64,000 nucleotides of DNA from positions 2,232,001 through 2,296,000 of the forward strand of contig NC_087436.1 in assembly GCF_036321535.1 (NCBI RefSeq). Reading direction: 5' to 3'. The position numbers and the translations under genes are program-made. Source of the DNA: Camelus dromedarius (taxonomy: Eukaryota). This document shows positions 26,501 through 40,760 of the stretch, piece after piece. How positions within the stretch are numbered: the first letter of the stretch is position 1; each line of letters opens with the position of its first letter. The notes under the pieces are model-generated. The model was not told the origin of the DNA. It worked only from the letters and a program-made list of their open reading frames with translations, and did not search any database.

Positions 26501-29500
26501 TATATGTATGGAGTGGAGTTTGCAACTGAAAAGCAACTTTTTGTTCCCAACTAGCTAGTTGAAGGACGGCTTCCACACACACTTATCTCTCAGACCTGGG
26601 CATGTGGAGAGACGTTCGTTCATCTAGCACAAACTGAACGGGTTGCAGGATAAACATTTTCTCTGGTTTCTCAGTCTGTTTCCTTGTGCCGGTTTAAAGT
26701 TCCTGCAGTTTTCTCTGTAAAACCGTGTTGGAGCTTGTACCTCACCATATATATATATGGATTGGAGTTTGCAACTTAAAGGAACTTTGTTTTCCCAAGA
26801 AGCAGGATGAAGGACGGATTTCACACACACTTATCTCTCAGAACTGAGCATGTGGAGAGACGTTCGTTCATCTAGCACAAAGGGAACGGGTTTCAGGAGA
26901 AACTTTTACTCATTTTTCTCAGTCTGTTTCCTAGTGCCGGTTTGAAGTTCCTTCAGTTTTCACTGTAAAACTGAGTTGGAGCTAGTACCTCCCCATATAT
27001 ATGTATGGAGTGGAGTTTGAAACTGAAAAGAAACTTTGTGTTCCCAACAAGCTAGGGGAAGGACGGCTTTCACACACACTTATCTCTCAGAACTGAGCAT
27101 GTGGAGAGACGTCCGTTCATCTAGCACAAAGGGAACGGTGTGCAAGAGAAAATTTTACTCTGGTTTCTCAGTCTGATTCCTAGTGCCGGTTTGAAGTTCC
27201 TGCAGTTTTAACTGTAAAACATATTTGGGGCTAGTACCTCCCCATATATATGTATGGAATGGAGTTTGCAACTGAAAAGAAACTTAGTGTTCCCAACAAG
27301 CTAGGTGAAGGACGGCTTTCACACACATTTATCTCTCAGAACTCAGCATGTGGAGAGACGTTCGTTCATCTAGCACAAAGGGAACGGGTTGCAGGAGAAA
27401 CTTTTACTCTGGTTTCTCAGTCTGTTTCCTAGTGCCGGTTTGAAGTTCCTGCAGTTTTCACTGTAAAACCGATTTCGGGCTATTACCTCCCCATTTATAT
27501 GTATGGAGTGGAGTTTGCAACTGAAAAGAAGCTTTGTGTTCCCAACAAGCTTGGTGAAGGACGGCTTTCACACACACTTATCTCTCACAACTGAGCATGT
27601 GGAGAGACGTTCGTTCATTTAGCACAAAGGAACGCGTTGCAGGAGAAACTTTTACTCTGGTTTCTCAGTCTGATGCCTACTGCCGGTTTGAATTTCCTGC
27701 AGTTTTCACTGTAAAACCGAGTTGGAGCTAGTACCTCCCCATATATAAATTTGGAGGGGAGTTTGCAACTGAAAAGGAACTTTGTGTTCCCAACAAGCTA
27801 GGGGAAGGACGGCTTTCACACACAATTATCTCTCAGAACTGAGCATGTGGAGAGACATTCGTTCATCTAGCACAAAGGGAACGGGTTGCAGGAGAAAATT
27901 TTACTCTGGTTTCTCAGTCTGTTTCCTAGTGCCGGTTTGATGTTCCTGCAGTTTTAACTTTAAAACAGAGTTGGGGCTAGTACCTCCCCATATATATGTA
28001 TGGAGTGGAGTTTGCAACTGAAAAGCAACTTTTTGTTCCCAACTAGCTAGTTGAAGGACGGCTTCCACACACACTTATCTCTCAGACCTGGGCATGTGGA
28101 GAGACGTTCGTTCATCTAGCACAAACTGAACGGGTTGCAGGATAAACATTTTCTCTGGTTTCTCAGTCTGTTTCCTTGTGCCGGTTTAAAGTTCCTGCAG
28201 TTTTCTCTGTAAAACCGTGTTGGAGCTTGTACCTCACCATATATATATATGGATTGGAGTTTGCAACTTAAAGGAACTTTGTTTTCCCAAGAAGCAGGAT
28301 GAAGGACGGATTTCACACACACTTATCTCTCAGAACTGAGCATGTGGAGAGACGTTCGTTCATCTAGCACAAAGGGAACGGGTTTCAGGAGAAACTTTTA
28401 CTCATTTTTCTCAGTCTGTTTCCTAGTGCCGGTTTGAAGTTCCTTCAGTTTTCACTGTAAAACTGAGTTGGAGCTAGTACCTCCCCATATATATGTATGG
28501 AGTGGAGTTTGAAACTGAAAAGAAACTTTGTGTTCCCAACAAGCTAGGGGAAGGACGGCTTTCACACACACTTATCTCTCAGAACTGAGCATGTGGAGAG
28601 ACGTCCGTTCATCTAGCACAAAGGGAACGGTGTGCAAGAGAAAATTTTACTCTGGTTTCTCAGTCTGATTCCTAGTGCCGGTTTGAAGTTCCTGCAGTTT
28701 TAACTGTAAAACATATTTGGGGCTAGTACCTCCCCATATATATGTATGGAATGGAGTTTGCAACTGAAAAGAAACTTAGTGTTCCCAACAAGCTAGGTGA
28801 AGGACGGCTTTCACACACATTTATCTCTCAGAACTCAGCATGTGGAGAGACGTTCGTTCATCTAGCACAAAGGGAACGGGTTGCAGGAGAAACTTTTACT
28901 CTGGTTTCTCAGTCTGTTTCCTAGTGCCGGTTTGAAGTTCCTGCAGTTTTCACTGTAAAACCGATTTGGGGCTAGTACCTCCCCATATAAATGTATGGAG
29001 TGGAGTTTGCAACTGAAAAGAAACTTTGTGTTCCCAACAAGCTAGGGGAAGGACGGCTTTCACACACACTTATATCTCAGGACTGAGCATGTGGAGAGAC
29101 CTTCGTTCATCTAGCACAAAGGGAACGGGAGGCAGGAGAAACTTTTACTCTGGTTTCTCAGTCTGTTTCCTAGTGCCGGTTTGAAGTTCCTGCAGTTTTC
29201 ACTGTAAAACCGATTTCGGGCTATTACCTCCCCATTTATATGTATGGAGTGGAGTTTGCAACTGAAAAGAAGCTTTGTGTTCCCAACAAGCTTGGTGAAG
29301 GACGGCTTTCACACACACTTATCTCTCACAACTGAGCATGTGGAGAGACGTTCGTTCATTTAGCACAAAGGAACGCGTTGCAGGAGAAACTTTTACTCTG
29401 GTTTCTCAGTCTGATGCCTACTGCCGGTTTGAATTTCCTGCAGTTTTCACTGTAAAACCGAGTTGGAGCTAGTACCTCCCCATATATAAATTTGGAGGGG

Positions 29501-32500
29501 AGTTTGCAACTGAAAAGGAACTTTGTGTTCCCAACAAGCTAGGGGAAGGACGGCTTTCACACACAATTATCTCTCAGAACTGAGCATGTGGAGAGACATT
29601 CGTTCATCTAGCACAAAGGGAACGGGTTGCAGGAGAAAATTTTACTCTGGTTTCTCAGTCTGTTTCCTAGTGCCGGTTTGATGTTCCTGCAGTTTTAACT
29701 TTAAAACAGAGTTGGGGCTAGTACCTCCCCATATATATGTATGGAGTGGAGTTTGCAACTGAAAAGCAACTTTTTGTTCCCAACTAGCTAGTTGAAGGAC
29801 GGCTTCCACACACACTTATCTCTCAGACCTGGGCATGTGGAGAGACGTTCGTTCATCTAGCACAAACTGAACGGGTTGCAGGATAAACATTTTCTCTGGT
29901 TTCTCAGTCTGTTTCCTTGTGCCGGTTTAAAGTTCCTGCAGTTTTCTCTGTAAAACCGTGTTGGAGCTTGTACCTCACCATATATATATATGGATTGGAG
30001 TTTGCAACTTAAAGGAACTTTGTTTTCCCAAGAAGCAGGATGAAGGACGGATTTCACACACACTTATCTCTCAGAACTGAGCATGTGGAGAGACGTTCGT
30101 TCATCTAGCACAAAGGGAACGGTGTGCAAGAGAAAATTTTACTCTGGTTTCTCAGTCTGATTCCTAGTGCCGGTTTGAAGTTCCTGCAGTTTTAACTGTA
30201 AAACATATTTGGGGCTAGTACCTCCCCATATATATGTATGGAATGGAGTTTGCAACTGAAAAGAAACTTAGTGTTCCCAACAAGCTAGGTGAAGGACGGC
30301 TTTCACACACATTTATCTCTCAGAACTCAGCATGTGGAGAGACGTTCGTTCATCTAGCACAAAGGGAACGGGTTGCAGGAGAAACTTTTACTCTGGTTTC
30401 TCAGTCTGTTTCCTAGTGCCGGTTTGAAGTTCCTGCAGTTTTCACTGTAAAACCGATTTGGGGCTAGTACCTCCCCATATAAATGTATGGAGTGGAGTTT
30501 GCAACTGAAAAGAAACTTTGTGTTCCCAACAAGCTAGGGGAAGGACGGCTTTCACACACACTTATATCTCAGGACTGAGCATGTGGAGAGACGTTCGTTC
30601 ATCTAGCACAAAGGGAACGGGAGGCAGGAGAAACTTTTACTCTGGTTTCTCAGTCTGTTTCCTAGTGCCGGTTTGAAGTTCCTGCAGTTTTCACTGTAAA
30701 ACATTGTTGGGGCTACTACCTCCCCTTATATATGTATGGATTGGGGTTTGCAACTGAAAAGAAACTTTGTGTTCCCAACAAGCTAGGTGAAGGACGGCTT
30801 TCACACTCACTTATCTGTCAGATATTGACAAGTGGATAGACGTTCGTTTATCTAGAACAAAGGGAACGGGTTGCAGGTGAAACATTTTCTCTGGTTTCTC
30901 AGTCTGTTTCCTGTTGCCGGTATAAAGTTCTTGCAGTTTTCACTGTAAAACCGAGTTGGAGCTTGTACCTCACCATATATATGTATAGATTGGAATTTGC
31001 AACTTAAAAGAAACTTTGTGTTCCCAACAAGATAGGGGAAGGACGGCTTTCACACACACTTATCTCTCAGAACTGAGCATGTGGAGAGACGTTCGTTCAT
31101 CTAGCAAAAAGGGAACGGTGTGCAAGAGAAAATTTTACTCTGGTTTCTCAGTCTGATTCCTAGTGCCGGTTTGAAGTTCTTGCAGTTTTAACTGTAAAAC
31201 AGATTTGGGGCTAGTACCTCCCCATATATATGTATGGAATGGAGTTTGCAACTGAAAAGAAACTTAGTGTTCCCAACAAGCTAGGTGAAGGACGGCTTTC
31301 ACACACACTTATATCTCAGAACTGAGCATGTGGAGAGACTTTCGTTCATCTAGCACAAAGGGAACGGGTTGCAGGAGAAACTTTTTCTCTGGTTTCTCAG
31401 TCTGATTCCTATTGCCGGTTTGAAGTTCCTGCAGTTTTCACTGTAAAACCGAGTTGGAGCAAGTACCTCCACATATATATGTATGGATTGGAGTTTGCAT
31501 GTGGAAAGAAACTTTGTGTTCCCAACAAGCTAGGTAAAGGACGGCTTTCACACACAATTATCTCTCAGAACTGAGCATGTGGAGAGACGTTCGTTCATCT
31601 AGCACAAAGGGAACGGGTTGCAGGAGAAACATTTACTCTGGTTTCTCAGTCTGTTTCCTAGTGCCGGTATGAATTTCCTGCAGTTTTCACTGTAAAACAG
31701 AGTTGGAGCTAGTACCTCCCCATATATATGTATGGAGTGGAGTTTGCAACTGAAAAGAAACTTTGTGTTCCCAACAAGCTAGGTGAAGGACGGCTTTCAC
31801 ACACACTTATCTCTCAGAACTGAGCATGTGGAGAGACGTTCGTTCATCTAGCACAAAGGGAACGGGTTGCTGGAGAAACTTTTACTCTGGTTTCTCAGTC
31901 TGTTTCCTAATGCCGGTTTGAATTTCCTGCAGTTTTCACTGTAAAACCGAGTTGGAGCTAGTACCTACCCATATATATGTATGGAGTGGAGTTTGCAACT
32001 GAAAAGAATCTTTGTGTTCCCAACAAGCTAGGTGAAGGACAGCTTCCACACACACTTATCTCTCAGAACTGAGCATGTGGAGAGACGTTCGTTCATCTAG
32101 CACAAAGGGAACGGGTTGCAGGAGAAACATTTTCTCCGGTTTCTCAGTCTGTTTCCTGTTGCCGGTTTAAAGTTCCTGCAGTTTACACTGTAAAACCGAG
32201 TTGGAGCTTGTCCCTCCCCATATATATATATGGATTGGTGTATGCAACTGAAAGGAAATTTGTGTTCCCAAGAAGCTAGGTGAAGGACGGCTTTCACACA
32301 CACTTATATCTCAGAACTGAGCATGTGGAGAGACTTTCGTTCATTTAGCACAAAGGGAACGGGTTGCAGGAGAAACTTTTACTCTGGTTTCTCAGTCTGA
32401 TTCCTATTGCCGGTTTGAAGTTCCTGCAGTTTTCACTGTAAAACCGAGTTGGAGCAAGTACCTCCACATATATATGTATGGATTGGATTTTGCAAGTGAA

Positions 32501-35500
32501 AAGAAACTTTGTGTTCCCAACAAGCTAGGTAAAGGACGGCTTTCACACACAATTATCTCTCAGAACTGAGCATGTGGAGAGACGTTCGTTCATCTAGCAC
32601 AAAGGGAACGGGTTGCAGGAGAAACATTTACTCTGGTTTCTCAGTCTGTTTCCTAGTGCCGGTATGAATTTCCTGCAGTTTTCACTGTAAAACAGAGTTG
32701 GAGCTAGTACCTCCCCATATATATGTATGGAGTGGAGTTCGGAACTGAAAAAAAACTTTGTGTTCCCAACAAGCTAGGTGAAGGACGGCTTTCACACACA
32801 CTTATCTCTTAGAACTGAGCATGTGGAGAGACGTTCCTTCATCTAGCACAAAAGGAACGGGTTGCAGGAGAAACTTTTACTCATTTTTCTCAGTCTGTTT
32901 CCTAGTGCCGGTTTGAAGTTCCTTCAGTTTTCACTGTAAAACCGAGTTGGAGCTAGTACCACACCATATATACGTATGGAGTGGAGTTTGCAACTGAAAA
33001 GAAACTTTGTTTTCCCAACAAGCTAGGGGAAGGACGGCTTTCACACACACTTATCTCTCAGAACTGAGCATGTGGAGAGACGTCCGTTCATCTAGCACAA
33101 AGGGAACGGGTTGCAGGAGAAAATTTTACTCTGCTTTCTTAGTCTGTTTCCTAGTGCCGGTTTGAAGTTCCTTCAGTTTTCACTGTAAAACAGAGTTGGG
33201 GCTAGAAACTCCCCATATATATTTATGGAGGGGAGTTTGCAACTGAAAGAAACTTAGTGTTCCCAACAAGCTAGTTGAAGGACGGCTTTCACACACACTT
33301 ATCTCTCAGAACTCAGCATGTGGAGAGACGTTCGTTCTTCTAGCACAAACTGAACGGGTTGCAGGAGAAACTTTTACTCTGGTTTCTCAGTCTGTTTCCT
33401 AGTGCCGGTTTGAAGTTCCTGCAGTTTTCACTGTAAAACCGATTTCGGGCTATTACCTCCCCATTTATATGTATGGAGTGGAGTTTGCAACTGAAAAGAA
33501 GCTTTGTGTTCCCAACAAGCTTGGTGAAGGACGGCTTTCACACACACTTATCTCTCACAACTGAGCATGTGGAGAGACGTTCGTTCATTTAGCACAAAGG
33601 AACGCGTTGCAGGAGAAACTTTTACTCTGGTTTCTCAGTCTGATGCCTACTGCCGGTTTGAATTTCCTGCAGTTTTCACTGTAAAACCGAGTTGGAGCTA
33701 GTACCTCCCCATATATAAATTTGGAGGGGAGTTTGCAACTGAAAAGGAACTTTGTGTTCCCAACAAGCTAGGGGAAGGACGGCTTTCACACACAATTATC
33801 TCTCAGAACTGAGCATGTGGAGAGACATTCGTTCATCTAGCACAAAGGGAACGGGTTGCAGGAGAAAATTTTACTCTGGTTTCTCAGTCTGTTTCCTAGT
33901 GCCGATTTGATGTTCCTGCAGTTTTAACTTTAAAACAGTGTTGGGGCTAGTACCTCCCCATATATATGTATGGAGTGGAGTTTGCACCTGAAAAGCAACT
34001 TTTTGTTCCCAACTAGCTAGTTGAAGGACGGCTTCCACACACACTTATCTCTCAGACCTGGGCATGTGGAGAGACGTTCGTTCATCTAGCACAAACTGAA
34101 CGGGTTGCAGGATAAACATTTTCTCTGGTTTCTCAGTCTGTTTCCTTGTGCCGGTTTAAAGTTCCTGCAGTTTTCTCTGTAAAACCGTGTTGGAGCTTGT
34201 ACCTCACCATATATATATATGGATTGGAGTTTGCAACTTAAAGGAACTTTGTTTTCCCAAGAAGCAGGATGAAGGACGGATTTCACACACACTTATCTCT
34301 CAGAACTGAGCATGTGGAGAGACGTTCGTTCATCTAGCACAAAGGGAACGGGTTTCAGGAGAAAATTTTACTCATTTTTCTCAGTCTGTTTCCTAGTGCC
34401 GGTTTGAAGTTCCTTCAGTTTTCACTGTAAAACTGAGTTGGAGCTAGTACCTCCCCATATATATGTATGGAGTGGAGTTTGAAACTGAAAAGAAACTTTG
34501 TGTTCCCAACAAGCTAGGGGAAGGACGGCTTTCACACACACATATCTCTCAGAACTGAGCATGTGGAGAGACGTTCGTTCATCTAGCAAAAAGGGAACGG
34601 TGTGCAAGAGAAAATTTTACTCTGGTTTCTCAGTCTGATTCCTAGTGCCGGTTTGAAGTTCCTGCAGTTTTAACTGTAAAACATATTTGGGGCTAGTACC
34701 TCCCCATATATATGTATGGAATGGAGTTTGCAACTGAAAAGAAACTTAGTGTTCCCAACAAGCTAGGTGAAGGACGGCTTTCACACACATTTATCTCTCA
34801 GAACTCAGCATGTGGAGAGACGTTCGTTCATCTAGCACAAAGGGAACGGGTTGCAGGAGAAACTTTTACTCTGGTTTCTCAGTCTGTTTCCTAGTGCCGT
34901 TTTGAAGTTCCTGCAGTTTTCACTGTAAAACCGATGTGGGGCTAGTACCTCCCCATATAAATGTATGGAGTGGAGTTTGCAACTGAAAAGAAACTTTGTG
35001 TTCCCAACAAGCTAGGGGAAGGACGGCTTTCACACACACTTATATCTCAGGACTGAGCATGTGGAGAGACGTTCGTTCATCTAGCACAAATGGAACGGGA
35101 GGCAGGAGAAACTTTTACTCTGGTTTCTCAGTGTGTTTCCTAGTGCCGGTTTGAAGTTCCTGCAGTTTTCACTGTAAAACATTGTTGGGGCTACTACCTC
35201 CCCTTATATATGTATGGATTGGGGTTTGCAACTGAAAAGAAACTTTGTGTTCCCAACAAGCTAGGTGAAGGACGGCTTTCACACTCACTTATCTGTCAGA
35301 TCTGGACAAGTGGATAGACGTTCGTTTATCTAGAACAAAGGGAACGGGTTGCAGGTGAAACATTTTCTCTGGTTTCTCAGTCTGTTTCCTGTTGCCGGTA
35401 TAAAGTTCCTGCAGTTTTCACTGTAAAACCGAGTTGGAGCTTGTACCTCACCATATATATGTATAGATTGGAATTTGCAACTTAAAAGAAACTTTGTGTT

Positions 35501-38500
35501 CCCAACAAGATAGGGGAAGGACGGCTTTCACACACACTTATCTCTCAGAACTGAGCATGTGGAGAGACGTTCGTTCATCTAGCAAAAAGGGAACGGTGTG
35601 CAAGAGAAAATTTTACTCTGGTTTCTCAGTCTGATTCCTAGTGCCGGTTTGAAGTTCCTGCAGTTTTAACTGTAAAACAGATTTGGGGCTAGTACATCCC
35701 CATATATATGTATGGAATGGAGTTTGCAACTGAAAAGAAACTTAGTGTTCCCAACAAGCTAGGTGAAGGACGGCTTTCACACACACTTATATCTCAGAAC
35801 TGAGCATGTGGAGAGACTTTCGTTCATCTAGCACAAAGGGAACGGGTTGCAGGAGAAACTTTTTCTCTGGTTTCTCAGTCTGATTCCTATTGCCGGTTTG
35901 AAGTTCCTGCAGTTTTCACTGTAAAACCGATTTGGAGCAAGTACCTCCACATATATATGTATGGATTGGAGTTTGCATGTGAAAAGAATCTTTGTGTTCC
36001 CAACAAGCTAGGTGAAGGACAGCTTCCACACACACTTATCTCTCAGAACTGAGCATGTGGAGAGACGTTCGTTCATCTAGCACAAAGGGAACGGTTTGCA
36101 GGAGAAACTTTTACTCTGGTTTCTCAGTCTGTTTCCTAGTGCCGGTTTGAAGTTCCTTCAGTTTTCACTGTAAAACCGAGTTGGAGCTAATACCTCCCCA
36201 TATATTTGTATGGAGTGGTGTTTGCAACTGAAAAGATACTTTGTGTTCCCAACAAGCTAGAGGAAGGACGGATTTCACACACACTTATCTCTCAGAACTT
36301 AGCATGTGGAGAGACATTCGTTCATCTAGCACAAAGGGAACGGGTTGCAGGAGAAAATTTTACTCTGGTTTCTCAGTCTGTTTCCTAGTGCCGGTTTGAT
36401 GTTCCTGCAGTTTTAACTTTAAAACAGAGTTGGGGCTAGTACCTCCCCATATATATGTATGGAGTGGAGTTTGCAACTGAAAAGCAACTTTGTGTTCCCA
36501 ACTAGCTATTTGAAGGACGGCTTCCACACACACTTATCTCTCAGACCTGGGCATGTGGAGAGACGTTCGTTCATCTAGCACAAACTGAACGGGTTGCAGG
36601 ATAAACTTTTTCTCTGGTTTCTCAGTCTGTTTCCTTGTGCCGGTTTAAAGTTCCTGCAGTTTTCTCTGTAAAACCGAGTTGGAGCTTGTACCTCACCATA
36701 TATATGTATGGATTGGAGTTTGCAACTTAAAGGAACTTTGTTTTCCCAAGAAGCTAGGTGAAGGACGGATTTCACACACACTTATCTCTCAGAACTGAGC
36801 ATGTGGAGAGACGTTCGTTCATCTAGCACAAAGGGAACGGGTTGCAGGAGAAACTTTTACTCTGGTTTCTCAGTCTGTTTCCTAGTGCCGGTTTGAATTT
36901 CCTGCAGTTTTCACTGTAAAACATGGTTGGAGCTAGTACCTACCGACATAAATGTATGGAGTGGAATTTGCAACTGAAAAGAATCTTTGTGTTCCCAACA
37001 AGCTAGGTGAAGGACGGCTTTCACACACACTTATCTCTCAGAACTGAGCATGAGGAGAGACGTTCGTTCATCTAGCACAAAGGGAACGGGTTGCAGGAGA
37101 AACATTTTCTCCGGTTTCTCAGTCTGTTTCCTGTTGCCGGTTTAAAGTTCCTGCAGTTTACACTGTAAAACCGAGTTGGAGCTTGTCCCTCCCCATATAT
37201 ATATATGGATTGGTGTATGCAACTGAAAGGAAATTTGTGTTCCCAAGAAGCTAGGTGAAGGACGGCTTTCACACACACTTATATCTCAGAACTGAGCATG
37301 TGGAGAGACTTTCGTTCATTTAGCACAAAGGGAACGGGTTGCAGGAGAAACTTTTACTCTGTTTTCTCAGTCTGATTCCTATTGCCGGTTTGAAGTTCCT
37401 GCAGTTTTCACTGTAAAACCGAGTTGGAGCAAGTACCTCCACATATATATGTATGGATTGGAGTTTGCATGTGAAAAGAAACTTTGTGTTCCCAACAAGC
37501 TAGGTAAAGGACGGCTTTCACACACAATTATCTCTCAGAACTGAGCATGTGGAGAGACGTTCGTTCATCTAGCACAAAGGGAACGGGTTGCAGGAGAAAC
37601 ATTTACTCTGGTTTCTCAGTCTGTTTCCTAGTGCCGGTATGAATTTCCTGCAGTTTTCACTGTAAAACAGAGTTGGAGCTAGTACCTCCCCATATATATG
37701 TATGGAGTGGAGTTTGCAACTGAAAAGAAACTTTGTGTTCCCAACAAGCTAGGTGAAGGACGGCTTTCACACACACTTATCTCTCAGAACTGAGCATGTG
37801 GAGAGACGTTCGTTCATCTAGCACAAAGGGAACGGGTTGCTGGAGAAACTTTTACTCTGGTTTCTCAGTCTGTTTCCTAATGCCGGTTTGAAATTCCTGC
37901 AGTTTTCTCTGTAAAACCGAGTTGGAGCTTGTACCTCACCATATATATGTATGGATTGGAGTTTGCAACTTAAAGGAACTTTGTTTTCCCAAGAAGCTAG
38001 GTGAAGGACGGATTTCACACACACTTATCTCTCAGAACTGAGCATGTGGAGAGACGTTCGTTCATCTAGCACAAAGGGAACGGGTTGCAGGAGAAACTTT
38101 TACTCTGGTTTCTCAGTCTGTTTCCTAGTGCCGGTTTGAATTTCCTGCAGTTTTCACTGTAAAACAGAGTTGGAGCTAGTACCTACCCACATAAATGTAT
38201 GGAGTGGAATTTGCAACTGAAAAGAATCTTTGTGTTCCCAACAAGCTAGGTGAAGGACGGCTTTCACACACACTTATCTCTCAGAACTGAGCATGAGGAG
38301 AGACGTTCGTTCATCTAGCACAAAGGGAACGGGTTGCAGGAGAAACTTTTACTCTGGTTTCTCAGTCTGATTCCTATTGCCGGTTTGAAGTTCCTGCAGT
38401 TTTCACTGTAAAACCGAGTTGGAGCAAGTACCTCCACATATATATGTATGGATTGGAGTTTGCAAGTGAAAAGAAACTTTGTGTTCCCAACAAGCTAGGT

Positions 38501-40760
38501 AAAGGACGGCTTTCACACACAATTATCTCTCAGAACTGAGCATGTGGAGAGACGTTCGTTCATCTAGCACAAAGGGAACGGGTTGCAGGAGAAACATTTA
38601 CTCTGGTTTCTCAGTCTGTTTCCTAGTGCCGGTATGAATTTCCTGCAGTTTTCACTGTAAAACAGAGTTGGAGCTAGTACCTCCCCATATATATGTATGG
38701 AGTGGAGTTTGCAACTGAAAAAAAACTTTGTGTTCCCAACAAGCTAGGTGAAGGACGGCTTTAACACACACTTATCTCTTAGAACTGAGCATGTGGAGAG
38801 ACGTTCGTTCATCTAGCACAAAGGGAACGGGTTGCAGGAGAAACTTTTACTCATTTTTCTCAGTCTGTTTCGTAGTGCCGGTTTGAAGTTCCTTCAGTTT
38901 TCACTGTAAAACCGAGTTGGAGCTAGTACCACACCATATATACGTATGGAGTGGAGTTTGCAACTGAAAAGAAACTTTGTTTTCCCAACAAGCTAGGGGA
39001 AGGACGGCTTTCACACACACTGATCTCTCAGAACTGAGCATGTGGAGAGACATCCGTTCATCTAGCACAAAGGGAACGGGTTGCAGGAGAAAATTTTACT
39101 CTGCTTTCTCAGTCTGTTTCCTAGTGCCGGTTTGAAGTTCCTTCAGTTTTCACTGTAAAACAGAGTTGGGGCTAGAACCACCCCATATATATGTATTTAG
39201 TGGAGTTTGCAACTGAAAGCAACTTAGTGTTCCCAACAAGCTAGTTGAAGGACGGCTTTCACACACACTTATCTCTCAGAACTCAGCATGTGGAGAGACG
39301 TTCGTTCTTCTAGCACAAACTGAACGGGTTGCAGGAGAAACTTTTACTCTGGTTTCTCAGTCTGATGCCTACTGCCGGTTTGAATTTCCTGCAGTTTTCA
39401 CTGTAAAACCGAGTTGGAGCTAGTACCTCCCCATATATAATTTTGGAGGGGAGTTTGCAACTGAAAAGGAACTTTGTGTTCCCAACAAGCTAGGGGAAGG
39501 ACGGCTTTCACACACACTTATCTCTCAGAACTGAGCATGTGGAGAGACATTCGTTCATCTAGCACAAAATGAACGGGTTGCAGGAGAAAATTTTACTCTG
39601 GTTTCTCAGTCTGTTTCCTAGTGCCGGTTTGATGTTCCTGCAGTTTTAACTTTAAAACAGAGTTGGGGCTAGTACCTCCCCATATATATGTATGGAGTGG
39701 AGTTTGCAACTGAAAAGCAACTTTGTGTTCTCAACTAGCTAGTTGAAGGCGGCTTCCACACACACTTATCTCTCAGACCTGGGCATGTGGAGAGACGTTC
39801 GTTCATCTAGCACAAACTGAACGGGTTGCAGGATAAACTTTTTCTCTGGTTTCTCAGTCTGTTTCCTTGTGCCGGTTTAAAGTTCCTGCAGTTTTCTCTG
39901 TAAAACCGAGTTGGAGCTTGTACCTCACCATATATATGTATGGATTGGATTTTGCAACTTAAAGGAACTTTGTTTTCCCAACAAGCTAGGTGAAGGACGG
40001 GTTTCACACACACTTATCTCTCAGAACTGAGCATGTGGAGAGACGTTCGTTCATCTAGCACAAAGGGAACGGGTTGCAGGAGAAACTTTTACTCTGGTTT
40101 CTCAGTCTGTTTCCTAGTGCCGGTTTGAATTTCCTGCAGTTTTCACTGTAAAACAGAGTTGGAGCTAGTACCTACCCACATAAATGTATGGAGTGGAGTT
40201 TGCAACTGAAAAGAATCTTTGTGTTCCCAACAAGCTAGGTGAAGGACGGCTTTCACACACACTTATCTCTCAGAACTGAGCATGAGGAGAGACGTTCGTT
40301 CATCTAGCACAAAGGGAACGTGTTGCAGGAAAAACATTTTCTCCGGTTTCTCAGTCTGTTTCCTGTTGCCGGTTTAAAGTTCCTGCAGTTTTCACTGTAA
40401 AACCGAGTTGGAGCTTGTCCCTCCCCATATATATATATGGATTGGTGTATGCAACTGAAAGGAAATTTGTGTTCCCAAGAAGCTAGGTGAAGGACGGCTT
40501 TCACACACACTTATATCTCAGAACTGAGCATGTGGAGAGACTTTCGTTCATTTAGCACAAAGGGAACGGGTTGTAGGAGAAACTTTTACTCTGGTTTCTC
40601 AGTCTGATTCCTATTGCCGGTTTAAAGTTCCTGCAGTTTTCACTGTAAAACCGAGTTGGAGCTAGTACCTCCACATATATATGTATGGATTGGAGTTTGC
40701 TAGTGAAAGAAACTTTGTGTTCCCAACAAGCTAGGTAAAGGACGGCTTTCACACACAATT
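17600..40760. repeat. Variant domain B: satellite sub-lineage built from an eroded ~22-monomer super-unit
   Basis: Markers GAAAAGCAAC, AGACCTGGGCATG, CAGGATAA, GGTGTGCAAGAG, GGAATGGAG and CTGATTCCT were seen only here. Offsets are 5472 (21152/26624), 7462 (24635/32097, 26624/34086), 12437 (23769/36206, 24138/36575) and 3232 (36575/39807). Confidence 0.75.
25890..30600. repeat. Locally triplicated 6/7-monomer higher-order block (periods 1492 and 1741 bp)
   Basis: ORF offsets 26624/28116 and 27250/28742 = 1492; 28116/29857 = 1741; 28742/30234 = 1492. Markers GAAGCAGGATGAAGG, GGTTTCAGGAG and GATTTCGGGCTATT. Confidence 0.88.
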
